DNA from: Planctomycetota bacterium
Lineage (GTDB): Bacteria; Planctomycetota; B15-G4; JADJEK01
NCBI GenBank assembly: GCA_044225365.1
Contig: JBGAIQ010000001.1
Coordinates: 192,001 to 256,000, forward strand
Reading direction: 5' to 3'
Length of the DNA stretch: 64,000 nucleotides
A program made the translations under genes and the position numbers. This document shows, one piece after another, positions 27,754 through 38,379 of this stretch (positions are counted from its first letter, which is position 1; each line of letters begins with the position of its first letter). The notes beneath the pieces were generated by a model. That model made no database searches and was not told the origin of the DNA. It saw nothing but the letters and a program-made list of their open reading frames with translations.

Positions 27754-28980
27754 ATGAAGATTCGCAATGCGGTGCGCGCGCGTCGCGCGCTCGTTCCCGC
27801 ACTCTCCTGCGCCGGTGTCCTTTCCGTTCTCGGTGTCGCGAACGCGCAGCAGGTCGTCGTTTCGATGTCGGGCGCGACGACGGTCGCATCGGGCGCGGTC
27901 GAGGACGAGGAGTTGCTGGTCGTCGATCCTTCCGGCGCGCCGCGCAAGTTCCTGTCGAACGCGACGCTCTCCCTCTACTTCGGTGACCGCAATCACGACG
28001 GGTTCTTCGATGTTCCGAACGACATCGACGCTCTCGCCTTCCTGCCTCACGTTCCCGGGCAGCCGATGATCCGCTCCGCCGTGTTCTCGCTGCTGACCGA
28101 CCAGAATGGCATCAAGGATGGCGACATCGTGCGCTTCGATCCTTCCGACCCCGTCGACGGTCTCGACGTGATGTTCCCCGAGTCGGTTCTCATCACCGCG
28201 ATCGGTGCGACCGACGGCAACATCGACGTGGACGCCATCGCATTCGGTCCTGACGGCTCCCTGTACTTCAGTCTCGCCGAGGACGAGACGGTGGGTCCGA
28301 ATCTCGTCGTGATGCAGGACGAGACCGTGTTCGTGCTTCCGCCCGGGGCGGGGACGGCGAACGTCTATTTCACAGCGACGCAGATGGAGGCTTTCGCGCA
28401 ACACGCGCTCAACATCACTTCGGCGATCGGTGACGTCATGTCGCTCGAATACCTCGACGGAGATCTGCTGTTCACCGTCCAGAGTCCCTCGGCGAGCGAT
28501 GCCACGATCCTGAGCACGAAGAACGGCGGCGAGATCTGGAACGGGTACAAGGAGTCGGCGCTCGGTCTCGGCGCGAATGCCGAACTCGATGCGCTCGCCT
28601 TCTACTCGGGTCCGAAATTCGCCAGCCTGGACGCCGAACCGCAGGCACCGGCGCCGGCCGCGCCGATCGACCTCGCCGTCGACGGCCTGACGCCCTCGCA
28701 ACCGTTCCTGCTCGTACTCTCGGGCACGATCGCTCCGAACGGTTCGGGCGTCGGCGCGCCGGGCTTCTCGGCGCTCGTCGCGTCGCCCTTCGATCCGTTG
28801 TTCCTGCTCGCCGCGAGCAACGCTCCGGCGCTCGTCGGGATTGCGGATGCCGCGGGCGTCGCGCACTTCCCCGCGATCGCTCCGCTCACGGGCGGCCTCC
28901 AATTCGATGTCGCGGTCCAGGCCTACGATGGCGGCAATGGGCGCTTCTCCGCACCGGTCGTGGTCGAACTCGCGCCCTGA
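27754..28980 (+). CDS. Exported protein with repeated DxDAL motifs
   Basis: Signal peptide ending ANA-Q; repeats DIDALA, DVDAIA, ELDALA; GGAG RBS. Confidence 0.75.
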   Translation: MKIRNAVRARRALVPALSCAGVLSVLGVANAQQVVVSMSGATTVASGAVEDEELLVVDPSGAPRKFLSNATLSLYFGDRNHDGFFDVPNDIDALAFLPHVPGQPMIRSAVFSLLTDQNGIKDGDIVRFDPSDPVDGLDVMFPESVLITAIGATDGNIDVDAIAFGPDGSLYFSLAEDETVGPNLVVMQDETVFVLPPGAGTANVYFTATQMEAFAQHALNITSAIGDVMSLEYLDGDLLFTVQSPSASDATILSTKNGGEIWNGYKESALGLGANAELDALAFYSGPKFASLDAEPQAPAPAAPIDLAVDGLTPSQPFLLVLSGTIAPNGSGVGAPGFSALVASPFDPLFLLAASNAPALVGIADAAGVAHFPAIAPLTGGLQFDVAVQAYDGGNGRFSAPVVVELAP

Positions 28981-29058
28981 TCCCGAACGACCGTGAGGAC
29001 ATTCGTCCTCGATGCAGCGTCCCGTCACCAAACGGCGGCGGGACGCTACACTCTCGAT

Positions 29059-30729
29059 GTGCGGAAAGAGATCGTCCTAGTCGTGATCGCAGCGAGTGGC
29101 GTCCTGGGGACGAGGGTGGGCCACGCCCTGCCCATGGGCGACGAGACCGCAGCGCCCGCGCCCCTGCTCTCGCCCGATCGGCTCGATGCCGGTCAGTTAC
29201 GGCGTCTCGACACCCTGATGAAGCCATTCGACGACCCGGATGCGAAGAAGCGGCGCAAGGCCATCGTTGACGTCGGCCTCGTCGGCAACGTGGCCGTTCC
29301 GTTCCTGAAGAAACGGATCGACGAGAAGGCGACGCCGCTCGTGGATCGAAGTTGCATCCTGGCGCTCGGCGAGATCGGTGGGGAGGCCGCGCTCGTCTGC
29401 CTGGAGGCGGTGCTGCGGGCCGTGGGTTCGAAGCTCCACGACGAAGAGGCCGCCGCCGCGTACCTGGTCCTCGGGCGGGTCGGGAATCCGGCAGTGCTCG
29501 AGCGGCCCGAAGCGACCGATGCGATCACGATGCTCGCTACGGCAGCGGTCTCGAAGAAGCCCTCACTGTCTCGCCGCGCCGCCGTCCTCGCTCTCGGTCG
29601 TGCCCATCGCGCGAAGGAGCTGGCGATCGTGGCCGACGGTTTCGCCAAGGAGCCGCTGGAGGATCAACGCGTGGCGATCCTGATCGCGATCGCGAACTGC
29701 GCCGATTCCGGTTTCACGGATCTCGCGATCAGCGCGCTCCAGGACCGCGCCGACGCGGTGCGACGGGCCGCCTGCCTCGTCCTCGCCGAGAACGGGGACC
29801 CGAGGGCGGTCGATGCGCTCCTCAAATCGATCGCGAACGAGCGGGACGAGAAGGTCCTCGCGGCGACGGCGATCGCCCTGGGCGGCCTCGCGGATTCCGC
29901 GAGCCGCGCCGCCTTGCGCGACCTCACGCAGCGAACCGGCTCGATTCGACTCGCCGCGTTCGCCGCCCTCGCGGCGCGCAACGACAGCGTGGAGGACATC
30001 GCCGCGTTCTTCCAGAGGAGCAAGGACACCGAGCTCCTCGCGCGAGTCGCGCTCGCGGCGGCGGCGTCCCGATCGTCGAAACTCGATCAGCCCTTGATCG
30101 CATTGCTGACCCATTCGCGCCCCGAGGTTCGCAGCGCCGCCGGGCTCGCGCTCGCCGCGCGCGGAACGAAGGGCGCCGAAGCTGCAGTCGTGCAGTGGTT
30201 GAAGACGGAGAAGGACAACTCCGCCCACGCCGACGCGCTTCTGGTGGCGGGCGCCCTCGAACTCGCCGCGGCGAAAGATGCTCTTTCGCAGTCTGAACGC
30301 AATGCAGCTCATGGATCGTTCGTGGATCAGGTTCGCCGGACGATCGAGGGTCGACGAGATCCGCGCCTCCTGCAAGCGGAGGTCGAGAAGAAGCTCCGCG
30401 AGAAGCACGCGCGTGAATGGGATTTGCGATGCGTCGAGTACGCCGAACTCGTGTCGACCGTGTTCCACTTCGATCTATTGGCGCGAGCACGCGTCCTCGC
30501 GGGGAAACCCGCGGGTGGCGGCGACCCGGGCGGCGGAGGGGACTCGAATGGGGGTGAAGGCTCGGGCGGCAGCGACGACGGCTCGGGCGAGGGGGGCGCT
30601 CCAGGTTCGGGCGCCGGTTCGCCGTTCCTGAAACCCAAGATCGATCGCAAGACGAGCGTGCTCGAGCGAGACCTCGAACTGTGGTTCGAGGTCGAACCGT
30701 ACTTCGAAGCGCGCTCGGCGATTCGGTAG
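29059..30729 (+). CDS. Exported HEAT-repeat protein
   Basis: Multiple VRxAAxxALG repeats; signal-like leader from GTG 29059 (ORF track starts 28993); Gly/Ser-rich tail. Confidence 0.8.
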   Translation: MRKEIVLVVIAASGVLGTRVGHALPMGDETAAPAPLLSPDRLDAGQLRRLDTLMKPFDDPDAKKRRKAIVDVGLVGNVAVPFLKKRIDEKATPLVDRSCILALGEIGGEAALVCLEAVLRAVGSKLHDEEAAAAYLVLGRVGNPAVLERPEATDAITMLATAAVSKKPSLSRRAAVLALGRAHRAKELAIVADGFAKEPLEDQRVAILIAIANCADSGFTDLAISALQDRADAVRRAACLVLAENGDPRAVDALLKSIANERDEKVLAATAIALGGLADSASRAALRDLTQRTGSIRLAAFAALAARNDSVEDIAAFFQRSKDTELLARVALAAAASRSSKLDQPLIALLTHSRPEVRSAAGLALAARGTKGAEAAVVQWLKTEKDNSAHADALLVAGALELAAAKDALSQSERNAAHGSFVDQVRRTIEGRRDPRLLQAEVEKKLREKHAREWDLRCVEYAELVSTVFHFDLLARARVLAGKPAGGGDPGGGGDSNGGEGSGGSDDGSGEGGAPGSGAGSPFLKPKIDRKTSVLERDLELWFEVEPYFEARSAIR

Positions 30730-30841
30730 GAGTTCTTCGGCGGCGAGAAGGCGGTCGAACTCGGGCGTACCCGTAGCCGAATCGCGGAATCCGTCGTAGA
30801 CTGCCGAGCTTTCCGCATTCCCGCAATCAGGTCAGGGCGCA

Positions 30842-31096
30842 ATGGGTCTCGAGAAACGCAACGTCTACTGCACGTTCCCCAAGGAGATGATCAAGGAGCC
30901 GTTGCTCTACAACCTCGGGAAGAACTTCAACGTGATCCCGAACATTCGCGGCGCCAGCATCTCGGACGAGATGGGACTCGTGTTCCTCGAACTCGAGGGG
31001 GAACTCGACGAGGTCGAGAAGGCGATCGACTATCTGAAGTCGCGGCGCGTTCGCGTCGACGAGATCGCAGCCGATGGCGGCGTTCCTCCCGGCTGA
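30842..31096 (+). CDS. Stand-alone NIL-domain protein
   Basis: IKEPLLYNLGKNFNVIPNIRGASI...LELEG pattern. Confidence 0.8.
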   Translation: MGLEKRNVYCTFPKEMIKEPLLYNLGKNFNVIPNIRGASISDEMGLVFLELEGELDEVEKAIDYLKSRRVRVDEIAADGGVPPG

Positions 31097-31130
31097 CCGT
31101 TCGTCACCGTCGGCATTCGTCGCGTTCGAA

Positions 31131-32246
31131 TCAGAAGTCGTCCGCCGAACTCGCGCGTGACTTCAGTGCGTCCTGGATCCGCAGTGCGATCGCATCGGGA
31201 GTCTCTAGCGCGGTGGACCACGACTTCGCGAGCATCGTGATCGCCCGCACATTGAATTCCAGATTCGCGAGTCGCTCGTTCGCAGCGAATTTGAAAGGCG
31301 CCGAGACGACCCCGTTCGAGATCGTCTCGATGCCGCGCAATGCACGCGAGCAGATCTCGAATCCGTCGCTCTTGGACAGGTCGAGACCGTTCATCGCGTC
31401 GAGGAGCGACGAGATCCCGGCGAGCGGTTCGGCGCGAAGCTGTTCGAAAGCACGTTTCTTCGCTTCCGCGTTCGCTCGCGCGCTGGTCACGGCCTTGACT
31501 GGCGCCTGTAGGGAATCCCAGATCGCGGGAGTGCAACCCGGAGGCCGCGGAATCGCGACGAGGCGTAGGAACGGCGAGGGAGCCGGACGCACCGGGATCG
31601 GCTCGATGGGAATCGGCGCCTCGGTGGCGTCGTTCGGCGAGGACTCGCCGCTCTGAACTGGCTTGGCCGGCGGCGGAGCCGAACTCGTTGGATTCCGCGC
31701 CACGTTCGGGTCTTCCGACGCGCGCGCGACGAGCGCGGAATCGTCCGCCTCGTCCAACGAGTCCTTCTCGGCCCGATGGATCATGAAGTAGGCGACTCCC
31801 ACGATGAGCACGGCGGCGATGCCGCCGAGACCGAGCAGGAAACGCAGATCGTTTCCCGCGGGCGGCGGAGGACCCCCGGGAAGAATGCTGCTCGGTGGGG
31901 CGACCGGACTCGCCGGCCGAACGGCTTTGGTGGCGGGTGCCAGAATCGGGCTGGCGGGACGCGCCGGTTTCGAAGTCGATGGAGCGGTCGGCGTCGGGGT
32001 CGAAGTCGGGGCTTCGCGGGTCGGATTCGCTGCTGCCGGTCGGAGTGAGGGAGCGCGCGAAGCCGGAGGTTTCGTCTGCGGACGCGGGCTCGGTGTGCGT
32101 GGCGGGTCCACCTTGGCCGGCGCGATCTCGGCGCCCACGGAGACGACTCCGCCGCACTTCTTGCACTTCGCCTTGTCGCCGTGGAACGTTCCCGGCACCT
32201 TGAAGCGCGTGCGGCACCTTGCGCACACGCCGATCCGCTCGGCCAT
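31131..32246 (-). CDS. Zinc-ribbon, Pro-rich, single-TM protein
   Basis: CARC...CKKC at N-terminus, Pro/Ala/Thr linker, TM helix, helical C-terminal domain. Confidence 0.75.
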   Translation of the reverse strand: MAERIGVCARCRTRFKVPGTFHGDKAKCKKCGGVVSVGAEIAPAKVDPPRTPSPRPQTKPPASRAPSLRPAAANPTREAPTSTPTPTAPSTSKPARPASPILAPATKAVRPASPVAPPSSILPGGPPPPAGNDLRFLLGLGGIAAVLIVGVAYFMIHRAEKDSLDEADDSALVARASEDPNVARNPTSSAPPPAKPVQSGESSPNDATEAPIPIEPIPVRPAPSPFLRLVAIPRPPGCTPAIWDSLQAPVKAVTSARANAEAKKRAFEQLRAEPLAGISSLLDAMNGLDLSKSDGFEICSRALRGIETISNGVVSAPFKFAANERLANLEFNVRAITMLAKSWSTALETPDAIALRIQDALKSRASSADDF

Positions 32247-32445
32247 CCGCTGTCTCCAGTCGGGTCCCGCGCGGAACCCCCGCGATCATCGAGACCACGA
32301 ACGATCCTACCACCTGCGCGCCGAAGAGGAGCGTGAGTGCCGAGCGCCCTGGCAGCATTGTCGCCGTCGTCCTTTCGCAACGAGGATCGCTCGGTTAGCG
32401 TCGTGCGTGGCGCCCTAGTCGTTTCGAGCGAGCACCGATCGAGCC

Positions 32446-34515
32446 ATGTCCGAGAAACGCATCGACAAGACGGAACGCGGAATGTGGCCCCCACGCATCG
32501 AAGGCGTGGAGCGCACACGAGGTCGCTTCGAACTCGTGTCGCCCTTCAAACCGATGGGCGATCAACCGGCGGCGATCGATGGCCTCGTCTCGGGACTCGA
32601 GAGCGGGAAGAAGGAACAGGTCCTTCTCGGCGTCACGGGCAGCGGCAAGACGTTCACGATCGCCAACGTGGTCGCTCGTTGGAACCGTCCGACGCTCGTT
32701 CTCGCCCACAACAAGATCCTCGCGGCGCAGCTCTATTCCGAGTTCCGTGAGCTCTTCCCGCACAACTCCGTCGAGTACTTCGTCAGTTACTACGACTACT
32801 TCCAGCCCGAGGCGTACATCCCGCGAACCGACACCTACATCGAGAAGGACTCGGCGATCAACGAGCGGATCGAACGCCTGCGCAACGCTGCGACCGCGGC
32901 CCTGCTGTCGCGCAACGACGTGCTGATCGTCGCGTCGGTTTCGTGCATCTATGGCCTCGGCTCGCCGCAGGCCTACGCCGACATGTCCGTGCCGCTGAAA
33001 GTCGGGGCCCGCGTCGAACGCGACGAACTCCTGCGCGGTCTCGCCACGATCCAGTACCAACGCAACAACCTCGACTTCAAGTCGGGAACGTTCCGCGTAC
33101 GCGGCGACGTCGTCGAAGTATTCCCCGCGTATCGCGACGACCGCGTCATTCGCATCGAGATGTTCGACGACGAGATCGAACGTATCGGTGAGGTCGACTC
33201 GCTCACCGGCGAGTTGTACGCCGACCATCAGGAGCTGACGATCTTCCCCGCGAGTCACTACATCCAACCGAAGGAGCGCGTCGCGCGTGCGATCGACGCG
33301 ATCCGAGTGGAACTCGACATTCGCCTGCTCGAACTGCGCCGAGCGGACAAACTCCTCGAAGCCCAGCGCCTCGAGCAGCGCACGCGGTACGACCTCGAGA
33401 TCCTCGCTGCGACGGGCACGTGCTCCGGCATCGAGAACTACTCGCGGCATCTCGACGGCCGCAAACCGGGAGAAGCGCCTGCGACACTGATCAACTACTT
33501 CCCGAAGGACTTCCTGCTCGTCGTCGACGAGAGCCATCAGATGATGCCGCAGATCGGTGCGATGTATCGCGGCGATCGCGCGCGCAAGACGACGCTCGTC
33601 GAGTACGGCTTTCGATTGCCTTCGGCTCTCGACAACCGGCCGCTGCAGTTCGAGGAGTACGAGAAGCTCGTCGAGACCGTGATCTACGTCTCCGCGACGC
33701 CTGCGAAGTTCGAGCTCGACAGAGCCGGAGGAACGTACTGCGAGCAGATCATCCGCCCGACGGGGCTCGTCGATCCGGAGATCGAAGTGAGACCCGCGCG
33801 CGGTCAGGTCGACGATCTGCTCGGTGAAGTGAAGAAGGAGATCGCGGAGAAGCGACGGATCCTCGTCACGACGCTGACGAAGCGGATGGCCGAGGAGCTC
33901 ACCGACTACTTCGTCGAGTGCGGGTTGCGCGTCAAGTACATGCATTCCGACATCGACACGATCGAACGTACCGAGATCGTTCGCGACTTTCGCAAGGGCC
34001 TGTTCGACATCCTCGTCGGCATCAATCTCCTCCGCGAGGGGCTCGACATCCCGGAGGTCGCGCTCGTCGCCGTCCTCGACGCCGATCGCGAGGGATTCCT
34101 GCGATCGTCGACATCGCTGATCCAGACCTGCGGTCGCGCAGCACGAAACGTCCATGGTCGCGTGATCCTCTACGCCGACAAGATCACCGATTCGATGGAG
34201 CGCGCGATGAGCGAGATGAGCCGTCGGCGTGAGAAGCAGCGGGCGTACAACAAGGAACACGGAATCACGCCGCGTTCGATCGAGAAGAAGATCCGCGACA
34301 TCCTCGACACGATCTACGAGAAGGACTACGTCCAACTCGCCTACCCGTCGCTCGTCGGCGAGGGAGATGTGATGCGGCCGGAAGCCGTGCGCAAGGAGAT
34401 CGACACGCTGACGAAGCAGATGCGCGCCCTCGCGATGGATCTGAAGTTCGAGGAAGCCGCGCGCGTGCGGGATCGGATCCGCGAGTACGAGGAGATCGAG
34501 TTGAAGTTGCGTTGA
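32446..34515 (+). CDS. uvrB: Excinuclease ABC subunit B
   Basis: [33 protein letters not shown]-terminal UVR domain. Confidence 0.97.
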   Translation: MSEKRIDKTERGMWPPRIEGVERTRGRFELVSPFKPMGDQPAAIDGLVSGLESGKKEQVLLGVTGSGKTFTIANVVARWNRPTLVLAHNKILAAQLYSEFRELFPHNSVEYFVSYYDYFQPEAYIPRTDTYIEKDSAINERIERLRNAATAALLSRNDVLIVASVSCIYGLGSPQAYADMSVPLKVGARVERDELLRGLATIQYQRNNLDFKSGTFRVRGDVVEVFPAYRDDRVIRIEMFDDEIERIGEVDSLTGELYADHQELTIFPASHYIQPKERVARAIDAIRVELDIRLLELRRADKLLEAQRLEQRTRYDLEILAATGTCSGIENYSRHLDGRKPGEAPATLINYFPKDFLLVVDESHQMMPQIGAMYRGDRARKTTLVEYGFRLPSALDNRPLQFEEYEKLVETVIYVSATPAKFELDRAGGTYCEQIIRPTGLVDPEIEVRPARGQVDDLLGEVKKEIAEKRRILVTTLTKRMAEELTDYFVECGLRVKYMHSDIDTIERTEIVRDFRKGLFDILVGINLLREGLDIPEVALVAVLDADREGFLRSSTSLIQTCGRAARNVHGRVILYADKITDSMERAMSEMSRRREKQRAYNKEHGITPRSIEKKIRDILDTIYEKDYVQLAYPSLVGEGDVMRPEAVRKEIDTLTKQMRALAMDLKFEEAARVRDRIREYEEIELKLR

Positions 34516-34602
34516 ACGGGCCGGCAGACCACGGCGACTCGAAGATCGGGGGCGATCCCTGCCACGATCCAACATCGCTGCGCGCAGGCTCGTAGATTCC
34601 GC

Positions 34603-35763
34603 ATGAACCCAGCGGGATCGCGCATCGGCCGTCTCGTGGCCTCCATCCCTTTCACGCTCTCGATCGCGTTGCCGCGGATCGAGCAGGGATCCACGCCATC
34701 GACTTCGAGTTTTCGCGGTCTCGGCGATTTGCCGGGTGGAGAGATCTTCAGCGAAGTGTCGGGGATCTCCGCGGATGGCTCGACCGTCGTCGGTTGGAGT
34801 GCATCGAAGGACGCGCCGCCGGGCGATCGACAGGCGTACGCCTGGAACGAGAAGGACGGAATGGTGCCGCTTCCGGGGCCCGAAGCCGAAGCAAGGGTTG
34901 CGATGCCTCTCCACGGGAACGCCGGGGCGGCGACTCGCGACGGACGGATCGTCGTCGGGGATTCGAGGGGCAGGACGGGCCCTGAAGCCGTGTTCTGGGA
35001 TGCCGATCGCAAGCGTCACGCGTTGCCCGATCTCGGGGGCGACGGGAGGTTCAGCACGGCGCGTGGCATCTCGGACGACGGCCACTTCATCGTCGGATGC
35101 GGGAGTTCGCCGCGCGGATTCGAAGCGTTTCTCTGGCAGGAGGGCAAAGGCATCACGCCGCTCGGTGACGCGCCGGGAGGCGCGTTCAACAGTTCCGCGC
35201 AGACCGTCGACCACGAGGGAACCGTGATCTTCGGATCGGCGAGCGTCGAGCACGGCGTGAACGCGTTTCGCTGGACGCACGATGGCGGAATGGACGTGCT
35301 GGGTGATCTACCGGGCGGAGGCGACTTCTCCGAGCCCTACGCTGCGACTCCGGATGGCCGAGTCGTCGTCGGACGTGCGCAGTCGGCGAAGAGCGGCAGC
35401 GAGCGCTTCGAGGGGTTTCGCTGGAGTTTCGATCGGGCGGGGAATGGACTCGAGGCGCTCGGCGATCTCGATGGTGGAGAATTCGAGAGCTGGGCGCTCG
35501 GCGTGAGCGGCGACGGGAAGATCGTCGTCGGTTTCGGTACGACGTCGCGTGGGCAGGAGGCGGCGATCTGGACACCGGAAGCGGGCATTCAGCGTCTCGC
35601 CGATCGGATCATGCAGGATCCCGGGGCGAGCCTGAAGGGTTGGACCCTCACCTGCGCCGCAGCGATCAGCGAGGACGGACTCACGATCGCCGGACACGGT
35701 CGCGATCCGGACGGCAATACACAGGCTTGGATCTGGAGGTCGCCCTCGCCCTCGCTGAAGTGA
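34603..35763 (+). CDS. Extracellular HAF-repeat beta-propeller protein
   Basis: Repeats LGDLPGG...GISADGSTVVG...AFRW. Confidence 0.85.
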   Translation: MNPAGSRIGRLVASIPFTLSIALPRIEQGSTPSTSSFRGLGDLPGGEIFSEVSGISADGSTVVGWSASKDAPPGDRQAYAWNEKDGMVPLPGPEAEARVAMPLHGNAGAATRDGRIVVGDSRGRTGPEAVFWDADRKRHALPDLGGDGRFSTARGISDDGHFIVGCGSSPRGFEAFLWQEGKGITPLGDAPGGAFNSSAQTVDHEGTVIFGSASVEHGVNAFRWTHDGGMDVLGDLPGGGDFSEPYAATPDGRVVVGRAQSAKSGSERFEGFRWSFDRAGNGLEALGDLDGGEFESWALGVSGDGKIVVGFGTTSRGQEAAIWTPEAGIQRLADRIMQDPGASLKGWTLTCAAAISEDGLTIAGHGRDPDGNTQAWIWRSPSPSLK

Positions 35764-35872
35764 CCTCGTCGAAGAGCGGCGGTCGGGCTCCGCGACCGCT
35801 CGACCCGCGATCCGTGAGGAACGATGCAGGCCCAGGTCGCCCGCCGGGAGCCTCGGCGCTATCCTCGATTCC

Positions 35873-37717
35873 GTGAACCCGAATCTCGAACGCAAGCTCG
35901 ACTCGCTCCCGACCGACCCCGGCGTCTACCTGTTTCGCGATTCCGAAGGCGCGCTCCTCTACGTCGGCAAGGCGCGCTCGCTTCGATCTCGTGTACGCAG
36001 CTACTTCCAGCCCGGCCGCGACGACGTTCGTCTCGCGACCTTCTTCATCGATCGTCACGTCACCGATCTCGAGTTCATCGTGACTCGCAGCGAGAAGGAA
36101 GCGCTGCTGCTCGAGAACAACCTGATCAAGAAGATGAAGCCGCGCTACAACCTGCGGCTGCGGGACGACAAGAACTTCCTGTCGATCCGAATCGATCCAC
36201 GCGATCCGTTCCCTCGGATCATCCCGACGCGGAGGATCAAGAAGGACGGTGCGCATTACTTCGGGCCGTACGCCAACGCCGGAGCCTTGCGCAAGACGCT
36301 TCGATTCCTGCGTGCGTACGTGCCGCTGCGCGACTGCAAGGACAGCGACTTCAAGACGCGCACCCGTCCCTGTCTCGAACACGAGATCGGTCGCTGCTCG
36401 GCACCCTGCGTCGGTCTCATCGACGAAGCGGGGTATCGCGAACACGTGGCGCGCGCGCTCGCGATCCTGCGCGGCGATTCGGCCGAACTCGTGAAGACGC
36501 TTCGCAGCGAGATGGACGCCGCGTCGGAAGCGATGCAGTTCGAGCGTGCCGCGCAGCTACGCGACTGGTTGCAGAGTCTCGCCCAGTCGCTCGAACGCCA
36601 GGACGTCGAGATGGTCGAGGCGTTCGACGCCGATGTCGTCGGAATGCATCGGGAGGGCGCGCTCGCCGAGATCGTCGTCCTCTTCGTTCGCCAAGGCAAG
36701 ATCGTCTCGAGCGCCGCATTCACCCTCGAACACGCGCCGCCCGACGACGAATTGCTCTCGGAGTTCCTGCCGCAGTTCTACGGCACGGGCCGTCCCGTTC
36801 CGCCGGAGGTTCTCTGTCCCGCAGAGCCGTACGGACGATCCACGTTGGAGGAATGGCTCTCCGAGAAGCGGGAAGGCAAGTGTTTCGTGCGCGTGCCGCA
36901 ACGAGGACCGAAGCAACGATTGCTCGCGCTCGCAGCGGACAACGCCCGCCTCACGCTCTTCGCATCGAACGACAAGCAGCGCCGGAACGCGGAACTCCTC
37001 GAACGGATCGCCCGGCGCTTCTCGCTCGCTCGTGCTCCACAGTACATCGAGTGCTTCGACGTCTCGACCACGATGGGCAAGGACACGGTCGCGTCGTGCG
37101 TCGCGTTCAAGGGTGGCGAGCCGTGGAAGTCGGGGTACCGTCGCTTCCTCATCAAGGACGCGGATCCGCAAGACGAGTACGCTTCGATGCGCGAGGCGCT
37201 CAAGCGGCATTTCACTCGCGCGCGCGACGAGCACTCGCTCCCCGATCTTCTCGTGGTCGATGGCGGAAAGGGCCAATGGAGCACCGCACGAGCGCTCCTC
37301 GATGAACTGGGAATCACGAGCGTCGATCTGCTCTCCCTGGCCAAGGGCGATCGGCGTGGCCGTGGACTGCTGCTCGAAGTGGGTGAGCAGGAGCGGATCT
37401 TCACCCGCGGCGAGGGCGACGGAATCGTGCTGTCTCCGCAAGATCAGGACACGCTCCTCCTCCAGCGCATTCGGGACGAAGCCCACCGCTTCGCGATCGA
37501 GTACCACAGGAAACGCCGCGCCAGGTCGTCGCTCCGCTCGGAGCTCGACGGCATCCCACAGATCGGTCCTCGCCGCCGCCGGCTCCTCCTCGAACGGTTT
37601 GGAACGGTGGAGAAACTGCGAACGGCGAGCGTGGACGAGATCGCCGCCGTGCCCGGGATCGGTGATGCCGCGGCGCAGGCGATCGTGCTCCACTGGAAGC
37701 GCTCGAGCGATCGATGA
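35873..37717 (+). CDS. uvrC: Excinuclease ABC subunit C
   Basis: GIY-YIG (PGVY, YVGKA), Cys cluster, ECFD/VDGG/RDEAH, HhH. Confidence 0.96.
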   Translation: MNPNLERKLDSLPTDPGVYLFRDSEGALLYVGKARSLRSRVRSYFQPGRDDVRLATFFIDRHVTDLEFIVTRSEKEALLLENNLIKKMKPRYNLRLRDDKNFLSIRIDPRDPFPRIIPTRRIKKDGAHYFGPYANAGALRKTLRFLRAYVPLRDCKDSDFKTRTRPCLEHEIGRCSAPCVGLIDEAGYREHVARALAILRGDSAELVKTLRSEMDAASEAMQFERAAQLRDWLQSLAQSLERQDVEMVEAFDADVVGMHREGALAEIVVLFVRQGKIVSSAAFTLEHAPPDDELLSEFLPQFYGTGRPVPPEVLCPAEPYGRSTLEEWLSEKREGKCFVRVPQRGPKQRLLALAADNARLTLFASNDKQRRNAELLERIARRFSLARAPQYIECFDVSTTMGKDTVASCVAFKGGEPWKSGYRRFLIKDADPQDEYASMREALKRHFTRARDEHSLPDLLVVDGGKGQWSTARALLDELGITSVDLLSLAKGDRRGRGLLLEVGEQERIFTRGEGDGIVLSPQDQDTLLLQRIRDEAHRFAIEYHRKRRARSSLRSELDGIPQIGPRRRRLLLERFGTVEKLRTASVDEIAAVPGIGDAAAQAIVLHWKRSSDR

Positions 37718-37805
37718 ACCGCGATTTCGTGCGAGAATTCCTCAAAGCCGCCGCGCTCGCCTCGGAATGGGGAGCTGTGGCTCTCGTTCGATCCAGGAGG
37801 ATCTC

Positions 37806-38372
37806 ATGCCCGACCCGATGCAAGGCCGACTCACGCAACTCGCGAACATCGAGAAGAAGACCGGCAGATCGCTGAAGGAGCTGACGACGATCGTCGCTCG
37901 CAGCGGACTTCAGAAACACGGTGAGATCCGTGACTGGTTGAAGAAGGAACTCGGGCTCGGTCACGGCGATGCGAATTCGCTCGCACTCTACGCGAGGGAA
38001 TCCGCGGCGGGCGGCGGTGCACCGGAATCGACGGAATCGCTCGTCGATGGCTACTACTCGGGAGCGAAGGCCGCCCTGCGCCCGATCCACGACAAGGTGA
38101 TGGCGGCGATCGCCAAGTTCGGCGAGTTCGAGATCGCGCCGAAGAAGACCTACTTGAGCCTTCGCCGCAAGAAGCAGTTCGCGATGGTGGGCCCGGCAAC
38201 GAACACTCGCGTCGAGATCGGGTTGAACATGCAGGGCGTTCCGCCGACCGATCGCCTCGTCGCGGTTCCGCAGCCCGCGATGTGCAAGTACAAGGTGAAG
38301 CTGACGAGCGCGTCCGAGGTCGACTCCGAACTCATCGGCTGGATCCGTCGCGCCTTCGACTCCTCGAACTGA
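37806..38372 (+). CDS. DUF4287/DUF5655-type protein
   Basis: NIEKKTG...LKKELGLGHGDAN and APKKTYLSLRRKKQFA; AGGAGG RBS. The 36546 ORF-track start is a spurious extension. Confidence 0.8.
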   Translation: MPDPMQGRLTQLANIEKKTGRSLKELTTIVARSGLQKHGEIRDWLKKELGLGHGDANSLALYARESAAGGGAPESTESLVDGYYSGAKAALRPIHDKVMAAIAKFGEFEIAPKKTYLSLRRKKQFAMVGPATNTRVEIGLNMQGVPPTDRLVAVPQPAMCKYKVKLTSASEVDSELIGWIRRAFDSSN

Positions 38373-38379
38373 CTCACCC

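Noticed and set aside
36546-37805. Long N-terminal extension of the DUF4287 ORF as a fusion or frameshift with uvrC
   Set aside because: uvrC is complete in its own frame, and a strong AGGAGG RBS supports the start at 37806
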